Source: Candidatus Omnitrophota bacterium
GTDB lineage: Bacteria; Omnitrophota; Gorgyraeia; Zapsychrales; Zapsychraceae
Assembly: GCA_018812705.1 (NCBI GenBank)
Contig: JAHJCZ010000184.1
Coordinates: 1 to 58,102 of the forward strand
Length of the DNA stretch: 58,102 nucleotides
Direction of reading: 5' to 3'
A model generated the notes under the pieces. It did not search any database and was not told the DNA's origin. It was given only the letters and a program-made list of their open reading frames with translations. Every line of letters begins with the position of its first letter. Positions within the stretch are counted from its first letter, which is position 1. Made by a program: the position numbers and the translations under genes. Shown here piece after piece: positions 12,001-23,900 of the stretch.

Positions 12001-15000
12001 ATTGTGAATGCGCGTCTTGCTGATGTTCTTCTTGAATCTGCAGAATTTCTATTTGATAAGCCAAATACTTTTGAAGTTGATACTACTGCCGCCACGTTCT
12101 TAATATTTCGAACCACTCCAACCACGGATAGAGTCGATAATTGTGTAACTGAAGGCTGTGAATTATTTCTTTGGGCTAAAAATCTTCTGAATGCCGCTAT
12201 AGATAAGATCCCTAATCCACCTGCGATCAAACTTGCAACTGCAGGTGTTAGGTCTGAAATGTTTTGTGCTAAGAAGCTTGCTGTCATAACCGCTAAACCA
12301 ACAACTGTGATCACAACAGGAACTTCGACTAATGTGTATCCGCTGTTGTTTCCTGCTTTTCCTCTATTATCGCTATCGTTACCTTCATCCTTTGAGTTAA
12401 GTCTCTTGATAGTTGCTCTGATATTTGCTTCCCAATCTAATGCGTCATTTCCTTCTTTATAAGCGTTTGCGAAAAGTTCAGCTGATTCGTTTAATAAGCT
12501 TAATGCTTTTGCTTGATCACCAGTATCATATGAAGCTGCAGCGACTACATAAGCAATAGCTGCTTTCATATAATTGATACTTGGAACATCTTGCTCTAAT
12601 ACATTTGTGTTTGCCTGGAAGAAGTTTTCAACTGTTTCTGCAGTTATGATAACATCTTCTTTTCTTCCTGCTTCATAATAGCTATCCATAAGTGAAGCAA
12701 ATACCATCAATCTATCCATTGCAGACATATGTGTTCTTTCAGAAGAAGCTAAGTGTTCCAACATCTCTACTGCTCTTGCAACTTCGCCATTATTTTTCTT
12801 AACTTCAGCAAGTCTTTCATAATTTCTGTAAGCTTCAGTTAATGCTGTAAGAATTTCAATAACATCATTTGCGTTCACTGCAGGGAATACTGCTTGTGGC
12901 AATACTGCTAAAGCTTCTTCATAACAGCAAATAGCTTCTTCAAAATCATTATTTCCAACTAATACATCTCCGATATCTTTCATGTTTGCTGCCTGAACAA
13001 CTTGACGTTTTGTTTGTGTATCGCTAAGGATCGCTTCAAAAGCTTTTCTTTGTCTTGCATCAGCAATGTCAGTTAGCTTGTTTCTTAATGCTTGGATCTT
13101 CTCTTTATATTGTCTGCTTAACATTTTGTTGATTTCAGATAATTCAGCTCCTGCATTCTCAACAGTTAGAGCATCTCTTCTAGCATTTTCAAGAACGGCA
13201 ATAGCTTCTCTGCTCTTATCGTCTTCTAATAATTCAATCGCTGTATCGAGAGCAACGTTAATATCTTCAATTGTTTTGGCCTTTGATGGGAATACTTCGA
13301 TGATAGTTACTCCGTTATAAGAAGATGCGCCAAACGCTCTTGTTTTTCTTGCTACTGCTCTTGCTCTTCTTGCATAATCAATTTCTACTATTCTGCTTGA
13401 TGTGTTGCCCGCATCCACAACCTTCACATCCTTATTATTACGAGCCACTCCAGCCACGGAAAGAGTCGATAATTGTGAAGATGATGGTTGTGAATGTTTT
13501 TTACGGGCAATATATTTTCTGATCAAAGCTAACATTAAGATTCCAGCTGCTGCAGCTGCGACAACTGTAGAAACCCAACCTGATCCGCTAACCTGCGCGA
13601 ACATAGCTAACATAATTGGCCACGCATGAGAATGTAATGTAGTGCTGTTATTGTTTTCTGGTTGATTTACTCTTGCTTTGTTGCTTACTTTTTGATTTTT
13701 AAGGGAAACTCTTATCTTTGAATATTTGGCAGGAACTATGAGGTTGATACTTGCGAATTCTATATTGATTTCAGAAGCAGGAACAACTCCCACTACTATT
13801 CCTTCAGCATTTATAGCCTTAACCAAGAGCGCACCTTCTTGAATAGCTTTTAATATTTTTGCTCTAACAGCATCTTGTAGTCCTTCAGGAACTTCACTTG
13901 CTAATAATGTAACTTTAATAACATTATTTTCTACTTCTCCAATAAGAGCATCTTTTGAAATATTCTCAATAACTTCCTTTACAATCGCCTGAACTTTTTT
14001 ATAATCATTTTTTCCTTCAGAAAACGCATTGAATATATGCATTACATTCCAACCTAATACGCGTAGGATATTCTCGAAAGCTACTTTAAACTTAACAACT
14101 AATACAACCGTTAATACCGCATTAATGATTGCAATTATGCCTACTGGGATAAAAGTGATCGGAGCAAATATAATACTTAACATTAATAAAGCCAACGTTC
14201 TAAACCATATTTTAACAGCCTGTCTTTGACCAAACATTTCTGACAATCGCCATCCAGATAATGTTTGTTTACTGCTATCATTCTTATCAGTCTCAACATA
14301 AGTATCAAATACATCTGTACCTGTTAAGAACGCTATAACCGCTAATAAATATGGGACTACAAACAACATACCAATTAATGTTGAGAACATCGTTGAGAAT
14401 ATAAATCCAGCAATTGCAACGATTGCAACGATACCAGAAACAGGTATTCCTTTTGTTGTAGCGTTATTCATATGGTGAATAATACCTGCAATAACAAAGC
14501 TAATAGCTGATCCAATAAGAGCATATTTAACTATCCAGCCAAGACCTGCTGCAACAAAACCGGTACCCACAAGAAGCCCGCCAACAAGACCTAATCCTGC
14601 AAGAATAATGCCGATTCTAAAGAATCTGTTCTTTACAGTACCATCTAACTGCGCTCTAAATTTGAAAAGCCTATTGCTTTGGAAACGTGTGCGACGATCT
14701 TGAACACCAAATACTGGCTGTTTTAATGTAGGAACAAACGAGAACATTTCATTAGCTACCTTAACACTTGCCTCCGCAAAACCGATGATCATTGATACTG
14801 TATAAGGGAAGGCTTGAACTGTATCTTTAGCAAATCTCCCTATTGCCTTCCAGAAATTACCGGTAATAAACATATGGCGCAAGAAGTTGAATAAACTGAC
14901 TGAATTCATCATAATAACGGTTAATGAAAGGAAGGCGATAACTGGTTTAAGGTAAGCAAATCCACTGAATGGTTGCAAGAATGGCAATGCAACTAATATA

Positions 15001-18000
15001 ACAACCGCAAGCATTGATGATAAATAATGGAAAGCGTTTTGTAATATGTTCAACTTGAAATCTGTCCCAACAAATTTATTTGTAAAGGTCTCAAACATAG
15101 CTGTCGGTAAAATTAACTGTGCTACGTTAAATGTATAACGGCTTTCTGTTCCAAAAACTGATTCCGAATGTAGAGATGGACGTGACCATTCCCAAACAAA
15201 GTATCCTTCACAAGTTGCTGTTGCTTCAGGTTCCATATTTTTCTGGATCATAAAAGCACCAGAGTCTTCTACAGGAGTCATTAATAATGTATCCCCAGAT
15301 GCTGGGTTAACAATACCTTTACCATAGAACAATGTTAGATCTTGGTATCCTAGCTGTGATACTTGCGTAAATGTTTGTTGCATCATTTTATACATGCGTC
15401 GTCCTGGGAAGGCATAACTACTTGCACCCCAGATCAAGAAGGCCGGGTTCATAACAACATATTCTGGGTTACGTCCCATATAAGCAGCCGTATTAAGTCT
15501 GTATGGGTTAGATCCTGGCATAACACGAACAAGCGCATCCTGGTTAGCAGATAAACTTCCTGTTAACCAAATATTCACCCCAATTCCACCATTCTTGAAT
15601 GTTGAAAGAATCTCATCACCTGCGTAAATAGGAACATGCGCATTGGCTTTATGTTGTGTATTAAATACATTCGCAAAGTCGACCATTTCTTTAAACTCTT
15701 TAGCTTTGGTGTAATTCTCCTCCATAAAGTGTTCATATTCTGCTTTTCTGAACCCAAGAATAACATTAGCGAATTCATCTGTTGACTCGAATAAGAAACG
15801 ATCCTGACTTTCGCCATCAACAGCAACAACGCGATTATGAGCTTCAGCTTCTCCATAAAGATTAACTATAAAGTGATAGAAAGCACGATGAACAGAAATA
15901 GGATCACCTTGTTGTGCAGCTTCAGATTCTTTTCTTCCTTGATTAAATAGTTTTGCTACTGGCAGAACACCCCACTGAAGTGTTTTTGATTCACCCTTTT
16001 CTACAACATTAACAAGTGTTGTTAATCGACGAATTAAACTGTTTTGTGGATTCGCATTTTGCCACATAGTAGTCATCTGCAACATTTGGAAGATCTTAAG
16101 TTCAGCCATCTTCTTATAACCCTTTTTGCCATCTTTGGATTCAAATTCATCAACAAAAACTTGCATAAGTCTTGCTTTTTCCACGTCAGAAGCTCTTACG
16201 GCAGCAATCTCTTGATCTGTCCAATTATCCTTAGCCAATTGAACCGAACCAAACTGCTCATCAGCTAACTGAACCGCATGACGATAATCAATATTTCCAT
16301 CGTTATAAGCTGCTGCCAAATGAACAGCAATAACATCTTTAGCAAAACCATCTAATACAGCCATATTAGCTGCATCAAGTTCATCAAGAACAATACCAAA
16401 TATTTCAGCTGCATCTGCATAAGCTTGAGGATATTTCTTTAATATCTCAAGGAAGTTTGTTCTTTCGTTAGCACCTTCAAGCTCTTTAACAAGAACATTA
16501 TGCCCACGCTTTCTAAGTTCCTTAAGAGCATTATTGTATTCATCTGGATGAGTACGCACTAAATAACCGAACATATTTGCTTCAATTGTACCATGCTCGC
16601 TAGCTATTTTTAGAGCATAATTAACAACTGTCTTAAGAATAAAGTTTGCTAAGAATAATCTCTTTTCAAGAGCTTCCTCATCAATTGCATATTTGTTAGC
16701 TATCGGTTCTAAAGGACCTTCCCATTTAACACTTTTACCATCTTTACTCATTACAGCTTTCAACTCTTTTAAAATATCATTTCGCTTGTTTTCTGGCCCT
16801 AATAAGATTCCCTTAAACACTGCCTCACCTAAATTACTAATAGTAAATTGTGGCATATTTTTCATTGCTGTTATTATATCGCCAAGCAGTGCAAATCTTT
16901 CAAACCAATTAAGTCTTTTTTCTTTTAGATGACCATTAATGATTCTCTCTAACTCTCGTATTTCCTTTCTCTTAATCATCAACGACATTGTTCCTGGACG
17001 AATATACTCTTCTAATTGATGACCAACGATTTCATTGTATGACTGAACATGTGTTCCCATTTGTTTATGGCGTGCATATGTATCCATTGGAGTTCGGCGG
17101 TATGCGGGTGACATCATGTTCATATAAAGATATTCGCGTGCCTGTTCACCTTTGAATTCTGGGAATTTTTTACCTAAGTATGCTGCTTTAATTAGAGCTT
17201 CGACGTCCTCATCAGAAATACGATATAAACGCTTTAGGTCTGTTGCAAGACTTCTAATATGCTCAACAAACAAAACGTTATTAGGCATAATGTAACCATA
17301 ATTATTTTCAGCTGAACCGTATTCTGCGTTAAGAGCTCTAAAATAACGTGCGTCAGATGCAAATATACGGAAAATAGCTGCGAACATATTAGCTCTACCA
17401 CGTGCACGCCTGCTCCAAAGATTATTGCGATAGTTATAATATGCCTTACCAGCACGGGCAACTTGAACTAATGACAAGACACTAACTACTGATAACATAA
17501 GTAACAATACAACCGTATTGATTGCACCAGCACTTAACCATACAACTGAATAATATTTTCCAAAAACTAACCATGACATACCACCCATCAAAGATGAGAA
17601 TGCACTTCCAACAAACGCCCATAATGCTTTCTCACCTCTAACTGGCATATATGCAAATAGCAATGGCAGTGTTATTAAGGACATCGTTGCCAAGAATACA
17701 AATAAACCAACTTGAGCCGTTAAATATATAGAAACTACAGAAGATGCAATACCTACCAACATTAATCCATATACTAACGCACGTACCTTAGCAGATCGAA
17801 TTCCCAAGATATCTTCCAAAGTAGTTTGATACTTGCGTCCGAATCGATTATTCTCAAATTTGGCTAAATAGCCTACGAACAATCCGAATATTCTGTAGCG
17901 CATGAAACTCCACCAGCCCTTGCTCTCAGCTTGTTTCTTTTCCGCTTTATTAGCATATGGTGAACGTTCCCCAACGATCTTTTGGAAATGATCTCTAAAC

Positions 18001-20945
18001 GGCCTAAATAAAGGCAGTAATATATTGTTGAAATATTTATCAAATGTATTTCCTTGTTTTACATTAGCTCTATAATTTTTACCGTAATCCTGCATATCTT
18101 TCCAGGTAGCTTTTGCTTTTGCAGCAAGTGCTTCAGCAATTTCTTCTGTATTTGTAGCTTTTGAATTCTCTAGTGCCGCTGCTGCTTGCTTAAGCATTTC
18201 TTCATACTCTTTAAAGATGCTTTTGTTGTATGAAAGGTCCGTCTCTGAACTTACTTCTTCTTTGCGCATACGTTTAGTTAAGTCAGCAAAGACAAGTGTC
18301 ATATTTTCATCATACAGTGTCTCACTTAAGCGTAAGTTAGGTTGTTGCTCATTCTTACCTGTTGTACCATCAACCTTACCTGTTGTAATATAGATATAAG
18401 CACCATCTCCACCATCATTTAACTGCTTAATATTATTCATGAAGAATACATAGCGCCAGTATAAACGATTATTCTTGATCAATTTATGATATTCAGCTAT
18501 CTGATGGCTGCCGTAAACATTATCGCGGTTATGTATCAAATATGCCGTTAAAAATAATACTTGTGTAAAAATAAGGCCATCCCCACCTAAAGATATGCCG
18601 TCTGTTTGTTCTTTAGGTGCTTGTAAATATTTAAAGACTACATACTCTTCATAAGTTACTGCTTCAGATGTTTTAAGAGCCGCATTTGGATTAACAATCA
18701 ATTTCATATCTTTTGGTTCAACTACACCATTCTTTATTGTTGGAAGACGTGATGGTCTTAAAGATACATAGAACATTAATTCAGCAATAACTTGCTGATA
18801 GAATAATTTTTTCAGCTCATCAAACTTGATTCCAAAACCATGCTTATTAAGAACTGTGTCGATCATAGGTGTTAATACATTGTCACGTACATAACCGATA
18901 ACATCTTGTTTAAAGTTTGTAAATCCTGCCAATTTCTCTGCAAACCTGTCATCTTTTGCAAGTAATTCAACGGCAAGGCGTGCTTCCGGTGTCATTAATT
19001 TCCTTAATAATACGTGATCTTTAGTGGCGCGTTGTTCAACTTCACGTTCAAGCTGTTTCTTCAATTCATTTAGAACAACCGCTTGTAAGATACTTGCATC
19101 ATCTTCAGCAGTCTTCTTATCTTTTGGTTCATATTTCTTTCTATCTCTTAAATACTTAGTACGTACCTTTACAGCCACTGTTACAAGGCGTTTTAATAGG
19201 TCTTCAGCCTCTTTATCTTTAAGGTCAACATTGTCAAGATAATAAACTATAGCAACCGCATCAATAACACCTGCTTTTGCCATTTTCTCAATTTGCTCTA
19301 ATAATGGTCTACTTGTATCGAATGTTACTTTTTTATTATCATAGTAATTTTCATGAACTTCTTTGAATGTTAATTTTCCACTTTCATAAGCTGCAACAAT
19401 GCTATCAATTTCTTGTTTATCAAAACCCTCTTCTCTTAATCTGTCTCTAACAACCCTACCATCACGTCGTTTTTCTAATTTCTCTAAAGAGCCATCCGTT
19501 TTTACACCTTTGACCAATTGATCTAAAGCTGCATCGAATGTTTTGTATTCCGCTGGTGTCAATTTACGCTCTTTGCGTTGAACATCTAAGAATATTCTTA
19601 ATACAGCAACCTTCATCTCAAATGAATAAGCACGTTTAAAGTTGGAGAAACTATCACGATCACGCTCTTCAAGTTTAAATTGTACTAAAATATCTTTAAA
19701 TAAATGTTCAACTTCCGGACGTTTACCTGCTACAAAAATGCCACCTTGTGCTTCACGGGATACTAGCTTCCTAGCTAAACGTTTAGCTTCAGGTTTGCTT
19801 ATTCCTTTTTGTTTTTCAAGAACACGGGCAATATCTTTTGTTATTCCTCGATTAGCATTAACAGAACCAAAAGTGCGATTCCATAAACGACTTATCATGC
19901 GATAAACTTTTGAGTCTTTGATGCTTGAGATAAGAGTTAATAACATTACAAGCGTTAGAGCAAGTCCACCTGCAACCCACCATATGTAAGAACGAACCTG
20001 ATCTTCATAAACATTTTTACTTAAGTGTTCTGGAACCTTACCATCCCAAAGCTGTGTTCCTTCTGTTGCAAGAATTTCAAATATTTGACTCTTTGATATA
20101 TCGCTGTCTCCTGTCCATAAGCCAACTGCTATTGTATCTACTATACGTCCTGGGAATGAGTTTCTAAATAGGTCTGTCCAGGTTTGCTCATAAACATCCA
20201 AGTAAACTCTTTCGCCTTCAATCTTGTTGATCAATCGATCATAAAATTTAAATAATTTATTTTCACTTTCTCTCTGTGCTTTAACGACTGCTACAAGCCT
20301 ACCGTTTTTAACATCAAAGATTCTCACATTAACTTCGTTAATATTGTTTGAATCTGGAACATCTCTTATAACTCTGTATTGACCAAATGAAGTGTTAACA
20401 ACTGTCATTTCATAATGGCTATATAATTGTTCGTCTAAATTAGACATATCTGCTCTTGGATCTAGGATCTTTGCTACTGCATCTCTTTTATGCTTGAAGA
20501 TACCGCCAATTTTAGTATTGTATATAGGCATATTTGAACGAGAATATGAAATACTATGATAATCTGCATTAATTTCTCGAACTACACCAGTTTTCACATT
20601 ATAGGCAATAAAGATATCCTTGTTAATAAATGCCTGTTCGCTACGATACTCAAATGGAACTTTATAAAGATATTCGTCACCATGTTGCATTAAGAATTCT
20701 GTTCGGCGAGTAACCATATTTAACGTTTTGTTAATAACTGTTTCCCCTGTTGTCGTACCTAACATAACTGATGCAGGTGCTTCATTTGCGCCTACTGAAG
20801 TACCGTCAACCGCGACATTGTCATCAAATTGCATGAACCTTATTACCTTACCTTCAACAACAACATAATCCCTTGCTAATGGATCGTTGTATCCTAAATA
20901 TCGGACAACACCCATATCAACAAATTTACTATCATCAGTATACTT
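1..20945 (-). CDS. Segment E of giant protein (>=6,980 aa, runs off left edge; absent from ORF track)
   Basis: Frame opens after TGA 20946-20948 (KYTDDSKFVDMGVVRYLG...) and is the same frame at the left edge (...AWMLVGRDLSDRLQQEIDS). No stop was found in manual translation, and the track lists no long closed ORF here, as expected if the frame has no stop inside the window. Confidence 0.93.
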
Positions 20946-23900
20946 TCACTGCTGTTTCCTGTCCAGATGCCTCTTCTGATCTCAACTAATTGTTTTTGAC
21001 TTTCATATCCAATATTACCTTGTGGCATTTCCGCACTTAATTTGGCATCTTCAGGCATTCCAAGCTTATTCTCTAATTGAGCAGGAGTTAGTCTAGTTAT
21101 TGAAGTAACCTTAAATATCTTGTTCAAACCTGAGAACTCTATAGCCTTCCTAGCACTTGCACCTTCGAAATCGATACCTATTGTAATATCAGGACTAAAT
21201 CTCTTTTCAGAAGATATAACAACAAATTTACGTGCTTGTGAATCTTGTTTAATGCGAACAACATAATCAATTACACCATTTGCTCTGATTGTTTCTGATA
21301 AAATAAATTTAAGATTATCAATTCTTTCTTTTGCTTCTTCAGCCGTCATTCCACCCATTTTTAATTCATTAGCAATATTTGCAAGCCCTAAATTAATTGC
21401 TTCTTCAACATGATCCGTTAGCACAGTTCCGTTATCTTGTGCCATTAAATATTGTCTTAATTCTGATGCAGTATCTATGGCCCTTGTATTTCTTGAAGAA
21501 TCTTTCAAAGTTATAATTATATATGGAGTAGCATTAACACCGCGAGTTGCAACATATGTCTCAACTGCATTATTATCAGGATCAACCTTTCCTTCTTTTG
21601 CTAATCTAAATTCAACATAGAAATACTTTCTGTTTTCATTAGAACTTTCTGTTGCCCTTGTTATTGTTGCTTTTACCACGTTTGATTTAGCATCAATGAT
21701 AAACCCTTTCAAGAATTCGCGGTCTTCTAAGCGGTTCAACATGATAGATAGATAGTCAACTTGACCAGCTAAGTATCTGATTACTTCCTTAGTGCTTTGT
21801 AGATTTTTTGCTGCCATAATAGCGTCTATTTGAGCCCATACATTACTATCTTTTTCTTCGTATGCTTTTAATACTCCTACAGGCACTAAACGTAATTTTC
21901 TAATTTGAGTCATCATACTTTCAATGCTATCCTGAGCTATAATTGAAGCTCTATCTTTTGCAAAATCTTTAACCAACATTGCATCAATAACATCAACTCT
22001 TGCCCTGTCAATACCTTCTTCTAGAGATACTTCAATAAACTCTGAATTTGTACGATGATGTTGCTCTACTCCTAGAACTGATCTTGCTTGTTCAAGTGTA
22101 GTAACTATCTTCTCAAGGCCTTGCTCTTCAGTAACAACTATCCTTCTACCCTTAGCTTTCAATGCAGCTATTATTCCACTGCCAACCATATCTAATTCAG
22201 GTCTTCTTACAGCGAAACCAACTGCATTGTCTTCAGTAAGCTCATTAATTATTTCGCCTTGAGCATCTACCAATTTATACTCACTGTTATAGTAGTAAAC
22301 AGGTCTTCTACTTAATTGTCTTTCTCCGTAGAATGCTTTACCTTCTATTCTTTTGCCATTTGTTAAAGTTTCAGGTGCTGCATATAATTCTATTTGCATA
22401 TAACCCTTAACTTCATTAATACCAACAGCTGATACTAATGCATGTGTTGCAAAATCTCTTCTTTCGATAATTCTGACTTCAACATTCCTGTCAGCTTCAG
22501 ATTCTGTCATGCCATCTCTAAATGCTATTTTACCAAGCTCTTGAGTCATCGCTTTAACCGCACCTCTTGAGCCATCTGCATTTAGATCATAAACTATACC
22601 CAAAAGAACTGGCTTTGCCATTGTTCCATGAACACCTACTGCAATATCCTCTAATACTTCCACTTCAGATTCATCTAATGACAATGTTTCAACATCTAAA
22701 GCCACTCTTTCTATAATCTGATAAACGCCATTTACCTTTTTGATCTTAAGAACTTCAGAAATATTCTCATATTCATCTGATGTAATATCACTAAGGGCTT
22801 TGTATGTTGGCACATCAAATCTCTTTGCTTTACCCTGATAGATAACTAAATATTTTGATGCAACATCAGCTTCAGAAGCAATATGTGAATCTGGAAGTTT
22901 TAAAGCTACTCGCTGCTTACCTGTTACATCAGTAAATGTTGTTACACCTGAAATTCCATCAGCTTTGATTGATAGAATAGGCATTGAATTTCTACCCTTG
23001 CTTGGATCTTTTGCCCAATCAAGATCTGATAATTCCAAGAACCTGTTAAATTCTTCAGTTGGATTTGTTAGTTCTTCAGATGTTACATATAATGTTCCAT
23101 TTGCAGTTGGTACTGCGTAGTATGGTGCTGTTAGGCTCTTGAAGATCGCCCATTTTGCTGCATCAGTTTTTCCTGCGAAGTCAACTACGTAGCTCTTTGG
23201 TTGTCCTGGATATACAATAACCGGTGTCTTTAATGGCTGGTATAGCTCTCCACTTTTAGCTGCATTTGGCTGATCTCTATATGAAAGAGTCTCAAGCTCA
23301 TCGCCTTCGGGAATTCCATTAAGATTTGCGTCTCTGAAGTAGATGTATTTTCCTGATCTTAGATCCTTTCTGTGTTCTAGCTCGATGTGTCCTGTTGGTG
23401 CCGATAATGCTTCTGGTGTTCTTGCAATGTACCCTCTTAACTGAGCTACTGTTAAGTATGTTGCCAATTTCTTATTAACAGTGTCTAATCTGTTGATCTT
23501 TGCTACTATCTTGTTAGCTGGTAATGCTGCTGATTGCTGAACAGCTGCTTGTCTTTGCTTTAACTCTTCTTGTATTTTCTTTTCATCTGCTTGTCTTCTG
23601 TTTAGTTCTTCTTGTATTTTCTTTTCTGCTTCTATTTTTCTCTTTAATGCTGCGATCTTTTCTTCAATTTCTTGCTTTGTTAAGTTGTTATTTGCGGCGA
23701 CTTCTATAGCCCATGCTGTCTTTAATACATCAGATGCTTTTCTGTTTCCGATTCCGTACCATTCTTCATTTGATATTCCGTCGCCTAAGATGCTTAATGC
23801 TGATCCCTTTGTATCATGTGCGTTTGGATTACCAGCCTTGAACAACTCATCTTGCCATGTCATGAATGTAACGCCCATGAACATATCTTTGTATGCTGGC

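Noticed and set aside
17950-18700. FKS1 domain-1-like motifs upstream of the synthase (YFNNILLPLF, LYDENMTLVF)
   Set aside because: They resemble FLNRVITPIY and YDDLNQLFW but occur in reversed order, so they were not used as evidence.
20894-20945. Hydrophobic C-terminus of the 2897-aa ORF (ILMIVNLLIWVL) as a membrane anchor
   Set aside because: Probably out-of-frame read-through after the frameshift; the overlapping -1 frame continues with natural sequence for 21 kb.
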